Of a stretch of 64,000 nucleotides of DNA, positions 27,655 to 39,953 are shown piece after piece; the stretch's first letter is position 1, and every line of letters begins with the position of its first letter. The notes under the pieces were generated by a model. It saw only the letters and a list, made by a program, of their open reading frames with translations, searched no databases and was not told the DNA's origin. Made by a program: the position numbers and the translations under genes. The stretch spans positions 48,097-112,096 of the forward strand of contig DASWXP010000002.1 in assembly GCA_036405415.1 (NCBI GenBank). Reading direction: 5' to 3'. This stretch comes from Minisyncoccota bacterium (GTDB lineage Bacteria; Patescibacteriota; Minisyncoccia; Phycocordibacterales; Phycocordibacteraceae).

Positions 27655-28938
27655 ATGAAAGCACTCATAAAGATGCTCGTAGCGTGGTACCTCGCCGTCC
27701 TGGCGCGAGCCATCCTCAAGAAGTACCGTCCCTTGGTAGTCATGGTCACGGGAAGCGTCGGCAAGACCTCGACCAAGGACGCTACCGCAGCGGTCCTGGC
27801 AAATCGCTTCAACCTGCGTGCGAGCGAGAAGAGCTATAACAGCGAGTTCGGCGTCCCGCTCACCATCATCGGCGCGAAGAACCCGTGGGAGAACCCGGTC
27901 GCATGGATACGCGTATTCCAAGAGGCGCTTGCGCTCATTCTCCTCCCGAACCATTACCCGAAGCTTCTCGTGCTCGAGGTTGGGGCAGACCGCCCAGGAG
28001 ACCTCGCTAAGATTCTCCGGTTCGCGGACCCTGACGCGGTTGTCGTTACCCGGCTTCCGGAGGTGCCGGTGCACGTAGAAGCGTATGCGAGCCCGCAGGC
28101 GGTGCGCGAGGAAGAATTTGCGCCTGCGTATGCGCTTACGCCCGGAGAGCCCCTTATCATCTCCGCGGACGATCCGTATGCGGTATCCATGAGCGGCAGG
28201 CTCCCGGCAAAGCTCTCTACCTTCGGGTTCGCGGACGGCGCAACGGTCCGTCTCTCTGGCTATTCGTTCTACGAAGAAGACGAGGAATGCGGTATGGAAG
28301 CGGCGCTCGAGATAGGAGGAAGGTCCTTCGTGCTCCGAGTGAAAGACGCGCTCGGCCGCTCGCAGTTGTATGCGCCCGCTGCCGGAATCGCGTGCGCACT
28401 CGCGCTCGGCATGTCTGCCGAAGACGCGCTCGAGGGTGCAAGCAATTACGTCTCTCCTGCAGGGCGCGGCCGAATCCTCCGCGGGAAAGATGGCGCCCTT
28501 ATAATCGACGACTCGTATAACGCTTCGCCTGCTGCCGTAGAGGAAGCGCTCGCTGCGCTTTCGCTCATCCAGGGAGGGTCGCGCAGGATAGCAGTCCTTG
28601 GCGACATGCTCGAGCTCGGACGGTATTCCGCAGAAGAGCATCGGCGCATCGGAACGCTTGCCGCTGCGGGCGCAGACGTTGTTGTCGCGGTAGGCATGCG
28701 TGCTCGCGCCATAGCAGAAGCCGCACGCGAAGCGGGGCTTGCCGGAGACAAGGTGCTTTCCTTTGACTCCTCTATGGACGCTGCTGAGGCGCTCGCGGGA
28801 ATGGTGGGGAAGGGAGACGTCGTCCTCGTGAAGGGTTCGCAAGGCATCCGCACCGAGCGGGTCGCAGCCGCGCTCCTTAAGGACGAGGCGGATCGCGCGA
28901 AGCTGGTGCGCCAGGAGCGCGAGTGGCAGCGCCGCTAG
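27655..28938 (+). CDS. murF: Mur ligase, MurF-like (UDP-MurNAc-pentapeptide synthetase)
   Basis: VTGSVGKTSTKD P-loop with the Mur ligase middle and C-terminal domains. It is the only Mur ligase in this reduced dcw cluster, so MurF versus MurE is uncertain. Confidence 0.6.
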   Translation: MKALIKMLVAWYLAVLARAILKKYRPLVVMVTGSVGKTSTKDATAAVLANRFNLRASEKSYNSEFGVPLTIIGAKNPWENPVAWIRVFQEALALILLPNHYPKLLVLEVGADRPGDLAKILRFADPDAVVVTRLPEVPVHVEAYASPQAVREEEFAPAYALTPGEPLIISADDPYAVSMSGRLPAKLSTFGFADGATVRLSGYSFYEEDEECGMEAALEIGGRSFVLRVKDALGRSQLYAPAAGIACALALGMSAEDALEGASNYVSPAGRGRILRGKDGALIIDDSYNASPAAVEEALAALSLIQGGSRRIAVLGDMLELGRYSAEEHRRIGTLAAAGADVVVAVGMRARAIAEAAREAGLAGDKVLSFDSSMDAAEALAGMVGKGDVVLVKGSQGIRTERVAAALLKDEADRAKLVRQEREWQRR

Positions 28939-28980
28939 CCCTGGCGTCACGCGCGGCTTTCTGGTATAAAAGTCCTGACC

Positions 28981-29052
28981 GGCCTCATCGTCTAACGGCT
29001 AGGACAGATCCCTCTCACGGATCAAATCGGGGTTCGATTCCCCGTGAGGTCA
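28981..29052 (+). tRNA. tRNA-Glu (anticodon CUC)
   Basis: Acceptor GGCCUCA/UGAGGUC, anticodon loop CUCUCAC, T-loop GGTTCGATTCC and discriminator A. Confidence 0.85.
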
Positions 29053-29060
29053 CACGAGCA

Positions 29061-29085
29061 AAAACCGCCCAAGGGCGGTTTTTGC
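29061..29085. terminator. bidirectional Rho-independent terminator
   Basis: aaaaccgcc caag ggcggttttt. Confidence 0.75.
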
Positions 29086-29107
29086 GTCACAGAACGAAAC
29101 GAGCCGC

Positions 29108-29326
29108 CTAGGGTGGCGGCTCTTCGAAGTCCTGGATGACGGCTTCCATGTCTACGGAACTGGTGAATCTGACATCGCCGTCTTCCTCGACCTCGAATCC
29201 CATGAATTCGCAGTGCTTCGGGATAGGCTCTCCCTTAGCCACCGCTGTGACGCAGACGCCTACGAGAAGCGCTGCTTTCCGCATCCGAGGTTGGCTCAGG
29301 TACCTCTCCCTTTCGTGTTCTGCCAT
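29108..29326 (-). CDS. hypothetical small protein
   Basis: 72-aa ORF. Confidence 0.35.
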   Translation of the reverse strand: MAEHERERYLSQPRMRKAALLVGVCVTAVAKGEPIPKHCEFMGFEVEEDGDVRFTSSVDMEAVIQDFEEPPP

Positions 29327-29373
29327 AACGCCCTCCTTCTGGCTCTGAAAATGAGCATAGCAGGAGTTAGGAG

Positions 29374-30192
29374 CTATCGGAACTCCCGGGTCCAGAGCCT
29401 GAGCAGTCTCGAGAATCTGCCGATGCGCGTCCTTCGAATGGAGAGCGCCATGCCGGTTGTCCCGAGCGCGCGCCCGATGCGGGACGCGAGGGTCCTCATA
29501 TAGGTGCCTGAAGCGCAGGTAACGCGAAGGCGCAGAACAAAGAACGAGCGGTCAGGCAGCGCGTCGAACAGCTCGTCCCAGGCAGCACGTATCCTGTCTT
29601 GCCGGAAGTCCTCGCCGAGCCTCTTTGAAGGCGAATCGGTGCGCGGCGCCAGCGAAAGCATTGTTTGAATACGCTTGTTGAGCGCTTCCTTCGAGAGCTC
29701 AACGCATGCGAGCTCTTTGATCCTGTAGATAGTCTCTTCATGCGAAGGAATCTCAATCGAATCTAGTTTCCCTTCAAGCGAATACTGGAAGAGCGGCTTG
29801 CCGGCGACCGTCTTTGAGGAGAAGGCAGGATAGGGAACGGCATGAGTTCCGGTCTGTGCGCGAAGAGCCTTTGCGCTCGCGTCTGCTTTCGGAACGGTCT
29901 TGATTTCTGCGTATGTAGGAACGCCAAGCGCGTCGCCGGTGTCGCTTGAAAGGTCGAGCAGCACTTCAATCTCGTATTCCTTATCAAGATTCCGGTACCG
30001 GTCCTGACGCTTGCATTCGTCTCCGAGCAGGACAAGAAGTGCCCCTTCGGCCATAGGGTCGAGCCTGCCTGCGTAGGTAGCAGGAACAGAAGTGTATGCG
30101 GAATCAGTCGTTCTCCAGGTATCTATTGCTTGAAGAGGCGTCTGGCCGATCTTTTTATGGAGAAGCACATACCGGATGCTCATTACGGCCAT
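29374..30192 (-). CDS. TruB-family pseudouridine synthase paralog
   Basis: GRLDPMAEGALLV carries the catalytic Asp motif. GTYMRTLASRIG parallels GTYIRSLAEELG of TruB at 7001. Confidence 0.6.
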   Translation of the reverse strand: MAVMSIRYVLLHKKIGQTPLQAIDTWRTTDSAYTSVPATYAGRLDPMAEGALLVLLGDECKRQDRYRNLDKEYEIEVLLDLSSDTGDALGVPTYAEIKTVPKADASAKALRAQTGTHAVPYPAFSSKTVAGKPLFQYSLEGKLDSIEIPSHEETIYRIKELACVELSKEALNKRIQTMLSLAPRTDSPSKRLGEDFRQDRIRAAWDELFDALPDRSFFVLRLRVTCASGTYMRTLASRIGRALGTTGMALSIRRTRIGRFSRLLRLWTREFR

Positions 30193-30256
30193 CGTATCAA
30201 ATGAAAAACCGCCCGGCGCATTCTGCGTCCAGGGCGATTCTGTTCATGCGCACCTC

Positions 30257-30541
30257 CTAGTGCATGGTGACTTCGTCGGGAGCGAAATACTCCTTCATGT
30301 CAGCGACGAGGTTGGCCCCGTGCCGGCGGATCCCGTCATACGAAGCCACGCGAACCGATCGCTCGATGACGACCCAAGAGTCTTCCCGGTCGATCTTGTC
30401 GTCCTTGCAGTCCTTCGCGAAGAGCAGGAGGCGGACTTCATCCACTTCAGATGCTCGGATGAAGCCCTTAACGGTTACGACCTTGCCGTCCTGACCAAGA
30501 AAGCCCGGATTCGGCAAGGCGACGAACGCGTGTGAACACAT
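30257..30541 (-). CDS. hypothetical protein
   Basis: 94-aa ORF. Confidence 0.35.
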   Translation of the reverse strand: MCSHAFVALPNPGFLGQDGKVVTVKGFIRASEVDEVRLLLFAKDCKDDKIDREDSWVVIERSVRVASYDGIRRHGANLVADMKEYFAPDEVTMH

Positions 30542-30652
30542 TGTGGTAACTCCTCATTTCTCGAGAATGAATAAGTCACCATCACCAAACTCCAAGCGGA
30601 GGATAGCATTTATGCAATAAATTGGAAGCATTGTCTTCATGAAGAAGGCGGC

Positions 30653-30901
30653 CTACAAGTGGCCGCCAAATTCATAGTCATCTCCTTTCTCTGCGTGTGC
30701 TTCGGGTCGCAACTTGGAGCGTTTGATAGTTTTGTCCTTGAGGATCTGCTCGTAGAGCTCGTCCTCGTTGTCTGTTTTCTTGATCGCTTGTCGCTTTGCT
30801 GCCGCCGCTTGTCCGCCGCGACGAGCATATGCCCGCACGAGATCCATGTCGTCCCGGGCAAGTGCTTCAGCGATGAACGCAGGCCTTGACCGCTTCGTCA
30901 T
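30653..30901 (-). CDS. hypothetical small basic/acidic protein
   Basis: 82-aa ORF. Confidence 0.3.
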   Translation of the reverse strand: MTKRSRPAFIAEALARDDMDLVRAYARRGGQAAAAKRQAIKKTDNEDELYEQILKDKTIKRSKLRPEAHAEKGDDYEFGGHL

Positions 30902-30958
30902 CCTTGCTCTCCAGACTGAACTGTCTGAAGGTATTCTAGCTAAAAGACGCCGAAAGAA

Positions 30959-31414
30959 TCAAGCGAGAAGCGAATCCACGGCTGCCTTCACGTCGCCACC
31001 GTCCGCGCGGCCCTTGAACTCCTGCATGAGAGAGCCCATGAATCGCCCTGCGTCCTTCTTGTCGGTTATACCGGCTTCAGTAAGCTTCGCCTTCACGATC
31101 GCCTCAATCTCCTCGCGGCTCATTTGTTCCGGAAGGAACGACTCTATGACCGCAAGCTCAGCGATCTCGGGTTCTGCAAGCTCGGGACGGCCGCCTGCGG
31201 TGAACTGCTCGATAGAGTCCTTGCGCTGGTTGGCTGCGCGCTTTAGTACCGCGAGCGCCTCCTCGTCCGTAAGGAACTCGTCAGGCTTTCGCTTCTTGGC
31301 GACAACCTCGTTGGTCATAAGCGTCACAACGGAACGGAGGGTGCGCAGGCGGACTTCGTCCTTGGCGCGCATGGCGTCAGGGATACCGGCCTTCAGGGTC
31401 TCATGTATGGTCAT
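30959..31414 (-). CDS. GatB/YqeY domain protein
   Basis: LKAGIPDAMRAKDEVRLRTLRSV ... has the YqeY family architecture. Confidence 0.8.
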   Translation of the reverse strand: MTIHETLKAGIPDAMRAKDEVRLRTLRSVVTLMTNEVVAKKRKPDEFLTDEEALAVLKRAANQRKDSIEQFTAGGRPELAEPEIAELAVIESFLPEQMSREEIEAIVKAKLTEAGITDKKDAGRFMGSLMQEFKGRADGGDVKAAVDSLLA

Positions 31415-31416
31415 GG

Positions 31417-31713
31417 CTAGAATCGTACCATCTTCCGGGTCGAGTAGGTACGAGGCGCTTTGCTCTCCTTGAGCTGATAATGCTCATGTAGATGGATGAG
31501 ATCCTTGCGCACCGAAGCCGCAAAATCCGCCTTCGTCTTGTTATCCGGGTCGCCGGTGCAGGCCCTCGCGGCCTCTTCGAGGAATCCGATCACGCTCGCA
31601 AGGAAGGGGAAGTAGTCTCCTTGCTCGATATGGAACCTGAGGCGCTTCAGGCGCTCGTCGTCGCTCTCGTCACGCAAGAGCCAGGATATGGGAATGAGCG
31701 AATACGTTCGCAT
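31417..31713 (-). CDS. hypothetical protein
   Basis: 98-aa ORF abutting the YqeY gene. Confidence 0.4.
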   Translation of the reverse strand: MRTYSLIPISWLLRDESDDERLKRLRFHIEQGDYFPFLASVIGFLEEAARACTGDPDNKTKADFAASVRKDLIHLHEHYQLKESKAPRTYSTRKMVRF

Positions 31714-31715
31714 GG

Positions 31716-32486
31716 CTAGCGATACTTCGCAGGAACGCTCGTATAGCCGTTCTTGGTGACGATGACGTGATCCACGAGCTCGATCCCGAGGAGACGGCCC
31801 GCATCGACGAGCTGCGCGGTTACGGTCTTGTCCGCGGCGGAAGGCTCAAGCACGCCCGATGGATGGTTGTGCACAAGGATCACTGCCGCGGCTGCGTAAT
31901 CGAGGGCAGGACGGAATACCTCGCGCGGATGCACTATGTTTGAATCAATGGTCCCGATCGAGATCACCTCGTCGCGCACCACCTTGTAGTGGCCGTTCAG
32001 GTAGAGCCCTCGGAGCTGCTCCTTGGGAAGGGTCCGCATCTCGACGACATAGTCGTACACGTCTCGCGCGGTGCGCAGCACCGGAGCGGCGATCTCGTTC
32101 TTCGCGAAGAACCGGCGTCCGAGCTCGGCTGCGGCGACCACTTGCATCGCCTTGCCCTGCGGCAGGCCTATCTCGCGGGCGAGCCGCGCAGGATCGGTCT
32201 CCTGCATGAACGTGCGCTCGCCGTACTCCTTCACGATCCTCGAGGCCATGGAGAGCACGTCTTCTTTGGCGGTTCCAACCGAAAGGAGGATGGCGATGAG
32301 TTCGGTTGTGGAAAGCGCAGCAGGTCCATTAGCGAGCAGCCGCTCGCGCGGGCGATCCGTGTCCGGAAGGTCATGGATGGTGAGCGTGTAGGTGCGGTCG
32401 GTCGCTTCGACAAGAGGAATGTCTGGTGACAGGGAATACTGAGTCATAGTTCGCATCATAGCTGCGGGTAGCGTGTGCGTGCGCAC
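31716..32486 (-). CDS. radC: RadC-like JAB/MPN domain protein
   Basis: HNHPSG and a helix-hairpin-helix N-terminal region. Confidence 0.8.
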   Translation of the reverse strand: MRTHTLPAAMMRTMTQYSLSPDIPLVEATDRTYTLTIHDLPDTDRPRERLLANGPAALSTTELIAILLSVGTAKEDVLSMASRIVKEYGERTFMQETDPARLAREIGLPQGKAMQVVAAAELGRRFFAKNEIAAPVLRTARDVYDYVVEMRTLPKEQLRGLYLNGHYKVVRDEVISIGTIDSNIVHPREVFRPALDYAAAAVILVHNHPSGVLEPSAADKTVTAQLVDAGRLLGIELVDHVIVTKNGYTSVPAKYR

Positions 32487-32643
32487 TAGAAATCCCCAGA
32501 AGATTTCAGGTTTTCTTTATATTTCTGATACTCAGGTATACACAAGATTCATTGTGGCCCATGTGCTGCCTAACAAAATGGATTTCTAGATTGCACGGTC
32601 AGCAGATCATTAGAAAGATCTGTTCAGGTATACTTCAAGGACG

Positions 32644-35309
<2,666 letters not shown>

Positions 35310-35313
<4 letters not shown>

Positions 35314-36368
35314 ACGCTATAACCATCGTCATCATCGTCGCGGTCGTGATGCTCCTGCAGGGCATCGGTCTCTATATCGTGCTCAGGCGCCGCGAGAGTG
35401 ATGCTCCTAAGGACGACGGTCAAGGGCTCATGCTCCTCCAGAACCAGATGGAGAAGCTCGAGCGCTCTCTCGATGCGCGCATGCACGAGTCTTCACGAGA
35501 GATGCACGAGACGGTACGCTCGCAGCTCGGGGAATCCTCGCGCCTCATTCGCGAGATTACGCAGGAAATTACATCTGTTAAGGAAATCGGCCGGGAGACC
35601 GGCAGGTTCGCCGAGCAGCTGAAGTCGCTCCAGGACATCCTGAAGAACCCGAAGCAGCGCGGCATCCTCGGCGAGTATTATCTCGAGACCGTGCTTAAGA
35701 ACGTGCTTCCGCCAGGCATGTACAAGATGCAGCACATGTTCGAGAACGGGGAGATCGTGGACGCGGCCGTCTACGTGAACGACAAGCTCGTGCCGATCGA
35801 TTCGAAGTTCTCGCTCGACAATTACAACCGCTACGTGCACGCCGAAGGCGCTGAGCGTGTGACGCTCGAGAAGGCATTCGTGAACGACCTTAAGAACCGC
35901 ATCACGGAGACGGCAAAGTACATCCGTCCTGAGGAAGGAACCATGGACTTCGCGTTCATGTTCATCCCTTCGGAAGGCATCTATTACGATCTCCTCACGA
36001 ATCAGGTGGGCGCAGGCGAGGACGAGAACCTTATCCAGAGGGCGGCAGGGAAGTACAAGGTCATCATCGTCTCTCCGACGTCGTTCCTCGCGTACCTCCA
36101 GACCGTCCTCCAGGGACTGAAGGCGCTCCAGATCGAGAAGCAGGCAGAGGAGATCCAAAAGCGCGTAGGCGAGCTCGGGAAGCACCTGTCCGCGTATGAG
36201 ACCTATTACCAGAAGCTCGGTACTGCGCTTGGCACCGCCGTCTCCCATTACAACAGTGGGTACAAGGAGCTCGGGAAGGTCGAGAAGGACGTGTACCGCA
36301 TCGCGAAGGAGAAGATAGGACTCGAGGTCGAGCTGCTCGAGAAGCCGGGAACGCAGGAGATTGACTAA
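35310..36368 (+). CDS. rmuC: DNA recombination protein RmuC
   Basis: N-terminal TM, a long coiled coil and GILGEYYLETVL...FMFIPSEGIYYD. Confidence 0.85.
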
Positions 36369-36436
36369 ATAAAGTTTTTTCAGTATAAGTTCCGAAGAGG
36401 CATCCGGATATCCTGGATGCGTGTGTAGGTTGAACC

Positions 36437-36835
36437 ATGCAATTCGTGCGAAGGATCCTCGGGGCGGCAATGGCCGGATGGAGCATCGTTTTCATCGTCA
36501 TGTCGGTCTGGACCATGATCATCTCGATCAGGGCAGCGGGCGAGGCGGCTCTGCCCGTCACCATGCTCCCGGAGTACTTCTCCGTGCTGGCCATGCTCTG
36601 CCTGGTATGGGTCGTAACGACCATCATCCCGGGTATCCTGATGGCCAACAGCGGCAAGCCGCAGCGCGGCTGGAGCCTGGTTTCCCTGGCGAGCTTCGCG
36701 GCCATGATGGGCTTCGCCTGGCTGGTCAGGGGGCACGGGGGAGACGGCGTCACGCCGCCGGCCTGGCTCCTGTTCGGGATCCCGTTCCTGTCCTTTCTGG
36801 ACATCGTGCTGCCGCCCTGGAAGTCCAAGACCTAG
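36437..36835 (+). CDS. hypothetical membrane protein (4 TM)
   Basis: Hydrophobic segments throughout. Confidence 0.5.
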   Translation: MQFVRRILGAAMAGWSIVFIVMSVWTMIISIRAAGEAALPVTMLPEYFSVLAMLCLVWVVTTIIPGILMANSGKPQRGWSLVSLASFAAMMGFAWLVRGHGGDGVTPPAWLLFGIPFLSFLDIVLPPWKSKT

Positions 36836-36848
36836 GAACGGCGCCTTT

Positions 36849-36883
36849 GGGCCGCTCGGGAAACCGAGCGGCCTTGCCTTTTA
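36849..36883 (+). terminator. Rho-independent terminator
   Basis: gggccgctcgg gaaa ccgagcggcc followed by ttgcctttt. Confidence 0.75.
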
Positions 36884-36911
36884 GGGCCTATTTCGGTACT
36901 ATAGCGGGACT

Positions 36912-37241
36912 ATGGAACTCGCAGTAATCAAGACCGGAGGCAAGCAGTACGTTGTCTCCCCGGGCGCAACCGTCACGATCGAGAAGCTCGGTCGCGGTGC
37001 CGCTACCCAGGACGTGAAGAAGGGCGACACTGTCACCTTCGACCAGGTCCTCATGACTGATAACGGAACCCTCTCGCTCGGCACCCCGACCCTTTCCGGG
37101 AAGACCGTGACCGGCACCGTGCAGTCGGTAGGACGCGCGAAGAAGGTAGAGGTGGTCAAGTACAAGGCCAAGAGCAACTACTTGAAGCGCCGCGGACACC
37201 GCCAGCCGCAGATCAAGGTGAAGATCGACAAGATCGCCTAA
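36912..37241 (+). CDS. rplU: 50S ribosomal protein L21
   Basis: MELAVIKTGGKQY...VKYKAKSNYLKRRGHRQ. Confidence 0.9.
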   Translation: MELAVIKTGGKQYVVSPGATVTIEKLGRGAATQDVKKGDTVTFDQVLMTDNGTLSLGTPTLSGKTVTGTVQSVGRAKKVEVVKYKAKSNYLKRRGHRQPQIKVKIDKIA

Positions 37242-37245
37242 CGAG

Positions 37246-37272
37246 AAACCGCCCCTCCGGGCGGTTCTTGCG
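37246..37272 (+). terminator. Rho-independent terminator after rplU
   Basis: aaccgcccctccgggcggtt followed by cttg. Confidence 0.6.
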
Positions 37273-37331
37273 TTACGTACAGCAACTCGGTATGTTCTAA
37301 TCTGAGCCATACCGCAGCAGAGGAGTTTCCG

Positions 37332-37610
37332 GTGTCGCAGGTTCTTTTACGGGTATTTCCGGACCGCCCACGCAAAGGGGTGTCCGGGATGCAGAAGGGC
37401 ATCGAGCTCGAGGACGAATACAAGGACGGGGATCCGTTCCATCTGCATGAGCTCGCTCATGAATTTCCGGTCGAGAAGCGTCCCAAAGTGATCCCGGAAG
37501 GGTATGACTACGCTCTTCACTTCATCGTGCCTGCTCACGTCATGGGCAGGTTTACCGAGGAAGCGGGTTGGGCCGAGATCACAGGATGCGCTACCTGTCC
37601 TCGTGAGTAA
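37332..37610 (+). CDS. doubtful hypothetical ORF
   Basis: It overlaps the next ORF in another frame. Confidence 0.25.
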   Translation: MSQVLLRVFPDRPRKGVSGMQKGIELEDEYKDGDPFHLHELAHEFPVEKRPKVIPEGYDYALHFIVPAHVMGRFTEEAGWAEITGCATCPRE

Positions 37611-37650
37611 CAAACGTTTTCCATATTCGCAGACATACAGGGAGAGAAAA

Positions 37651-37914
37651 ATGATGCGATGGATTATGACGAGTGCGGATCCGGAACGACGCGTCGCGGT
37701 ATCCAAGGATTGGCTCCTCAAGGAGCCGCTCACGGAAGGTGCGAAGATCTGGGTTCCCGAGCTCAATCGGCAAGTGAGGGTCGATCGGCTCTATGACCAT
37801 GAGTTCCATACGGTCGTGAGCGCCGGCGACGTGGACACTATTCTGAAGGCGCCGGGCACGACCTGGGTGGACCACAAGGACTATGTCGACGAGATGGCAA
37901 GAAACGCCGCTTAA
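37651..37914 (+). CDS. hypothetical small protein
   Basis: GGGAGAG Shine-Dalgarno before ATGATG at 37651. 87 aa. Confidence 0.4.
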   Translation: MMRWIMTSADPERRVAVSKDWLLKEPLTEGAKIWVPELNRQVRVDRLYDHEFHTVVSAGDVDTILKAPGTTWVDHKDYVDEMARNAA

Positions 37915-37932
37915 GAGGGAACGTCAGACAGA

Positions 37933-37965
37933 AGGGCCCGCGCGCAGTACGCCGCGGGCCTTTTC
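37933..37965. terminator. Rho-independent terminator between convergent genes
   Basis: ggcccgcg cgcagtacgc cgcgggcc followed by tttt. Confidence 0.7.
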
Positions 37966-37966
37966 G

Positions 37967-38572
37967 CTATGCCTCCTTTCGGTTCTGAAGCGCGGCCGAA
38001 AGGGTAGCAGAGTCCGCGTACTCGAGCTCGCTTCCGGTCGCGAGCCCGCGTCCGAGCTCAGAGAGGGTAATGGGACCGCGCAGCGGCGCAAGGAGCTCGC
38101 GCACCCTGTCTGCGGTGTGTTCGCCCTCGGACGTCGCTGAGAGCGCAAGCACGATCTCTCGGAGCCCGTGCTTCGCGCGTATCTCTACGACGCGTACGAG
38201 GTCCCGTTCGCGTATCGCGCCCTTGCCGGAAAGGGTTATGACGCCACCAAGCACGAAGTAGCGTCCCCGGTACGTGCCGGCGCGCTCGACCGCCTGAAGG
38301 TCCTGGTCCTTCTCGAGCACCATGAGAATGGAGTCATCCCGGTTCACGTCCGCGCAGTAGTTGCAGAGGTTCTCGTGGTTGGTCGGTGCAAAGCGCATGC
38401 AGAGTCCGCATTGCCGAACGTCAGCGGCAAGGTTCTGTATCAGATCCGCAAGATGAGTGCGGTCTCCCTGAGGCACGGAAAGAAGATGATATACGAAGCG
38501 CTTCGCCTGCCTGGGGCCTATGCCCGGGAAGCGGTTGAACGCGCTTGCAAGTTCGTCGATGCGGTCGCGCAT
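37967..38572 (-). CDS. recR: recombination protein RecR
   Basis: Helix-hairpin-helix GIGPRQA, a C4 zinc finger CGLC...CNYC and a Toprim domain. Confidence 0.9.
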   Translation of the reverse strand: MRDRIDELASAFNRFPGIGPRQAKRFVYHLLSVPQGDRTHLADLIQNLAADVRQCGLCMRFAPTNHENLCNYCADVNRDDSILMVLEKDQDLQAVERAGTYRGRYFVLGGVITLSGKGAIRERDLVRVVEIRAKHGLREIVLALSATSEGEHTADRVRELLAPLRGPITLSELGRGLATGSELEYADSATLSAALQNRKEA

Positions 38573-38575
38573 AGG

Positions 38576-39940
38576 CTAGAACTCGTCGGCGAACTCTCCG
38601 TACCCGGTCTTGTCCATCGGCATGAAGCTCGTGCGCTTCTCGTCGAAGTAGAGCTCGACCTTGCCCGTGGGGCCGTTACGATGCTTCTCGATGAGTATCT
38701 CAGCGATGTTCGGGCGATCGCTTTCCTTGTTCTGCTTGTCCTCGCGATGGATGAACATGACCACGTCCGCGTCCTGCTCGATGGAACCCGAGTCGCGGAG
38801 GTCCGAGAGGCGCGGCTTGCCGCCGCGCTGCTCCACGGCGCGCGAGAGCTGCGAGAGCGCGATAACCGGCACTTCGATCTCGCGGGCGAGCTGCTTCAGG
38901 GAGCGGGAGATCTCCGTGACCTGCTGCACCATGGAATCGGATGCCTTGGTATTGGTCGGGGCCATGAGCTGGAGGTAGTCCACCACGATGAGCCCGATGC
39001 CGCGCTCGCGCTTCAGGCGGCGCGCAACCGCGCGCATGGAAAGGATGTTCTGTGCGGGCTTGTCGTCTATGTAGATAGGGGCTTTCGACAGGGTTTCGAG
39101 CGCGTCGCGGATCTTTCCGAAATCCTCCTCCGCATGGATCGCGCCCGTGCGCATCTTCCACGAGTTCACGAACGACTCAGCGGAGAGCATGCGGTCTACG
39201 AGCTGCTCGGAGCTCATCTCGAGCGAGAAGATGCCCACCGGCGTGTCGTGCTTCACGGCAACGTTGCGCGCGATATCGAGCGCGAGCGACGTCTTACCCA
39301 TGGACGGACGGGCCGCGAGGATGATGAGGTCGGACTTATGGAGGCCCGAGAGGAGATTGTCGAGGTCCGGGAAACCGGTAGGAACGCCGCGCACGCTGCC
39401 GCCGTTCTTCGAGAGGGTTTCGATGCGCTCCCATGCGCCGTCCACCTTGTCCTTGATCGCGATGAACTTATGCGTGGCCGATGCGTTTCCGATCGCATAG
39501 ATAGACTTCTCTGCGTGGTCGAGCACATGCGCCGTATCGCCTGCGTCGTCGTACGCGGCTTCCGTGATCTCGTGCGCCACGTCGATAAGGGAGCGCATGA
39601 CATGCTTCTTCGCGACAAGTTCCGCGTAGTGCGCGTAGTTGCCCGGAGTGGGAGACGAGCTCGCGAGCTCCGCGATATACGCGCGCCCGCCAGCGCGCTC
39701 AAGCACGCCTTTCGCGTTAAGGCGCTCGCCGAGGGAGAGGATGTCGATCGGGTCGCCGCGCTCCGTGAGCTCGCGCATGCACTCGAATATGTGGCGGTGC
39801 TTCTCTGCATAGAAGGAGTCGGCGCGGATGAGGTCCGAGACGTCGTGTATGGCGTCAGGCTTCAAGAGGAGGGAACCGAGCAGGGCGCGCTCAGAGTCCA
39901 TGCTCTGAGGCGGTACGCGGAGAGTCGGGTCAGCAGCCAT
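38576..39940 (-). CDS. dnaB: replicative DNA helicase DnaB (no intein)
   Basis: N-terminal DnaB domain. Walker A GKTSLAL in ARPSMGKTS, a Walker B motif and ILIEKHRNGPTG. Confidence 0.9.
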   Translation of the reverse strand: MAADPTLRVPPQSMDSERALLGSLLLKPDAIHDVSDLIRADSFYAEKHRHIFECMRELTERGDPIDILSLGERLNAKGVLERAGGRAYIAELASSSPTPGNYAHYAELVAKKHVMRSLIDVAHEITEAAYDDAGDTAHVLDHAEKSIYAIGNASATHKFIAIKDKVDGAWERIETLSKNGGSVRGVPTGFPDLDNLLSGLHKSDLIILAARPSMGKTSLALDIARNVAVKHDTPVGIFSLEMSSEQLVDRMLSAESFVNSWKMRTGAIHAEEDFGKIRDALETLSKAPIYIDDKPAQNILSMRAVARRLKRERGIGLIVVDYLQLMAPTNTKASDSMVQQVTEISRSLKQLAREIEVPVIALSQLSRAVEQRGGKPRLSDLRDSGSIEQDADVVMFIHREDKQNKESDRPNIAEILIEKHRNGPTGKVELYFDEKRTSFMPMDKTGYGEFADEF

Positions 39941-39953
39941 CCCCTCTATTCTA

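Noticed and set aside
27640-28950. 436-aa minus ORF antisense to murF
   Set aside because: Antisense artefact.
37332-37914. Two overlapping plus-strand ORFs in different frames (37332..37610 and 37504..37914)
   Set aside because: I kept only the downstream part starting at ATG 37651, which has a GGGAGAG Shine-Dalgarno. The upstream one has a low-confidence feature entry only. Neither has a recognisable domain.
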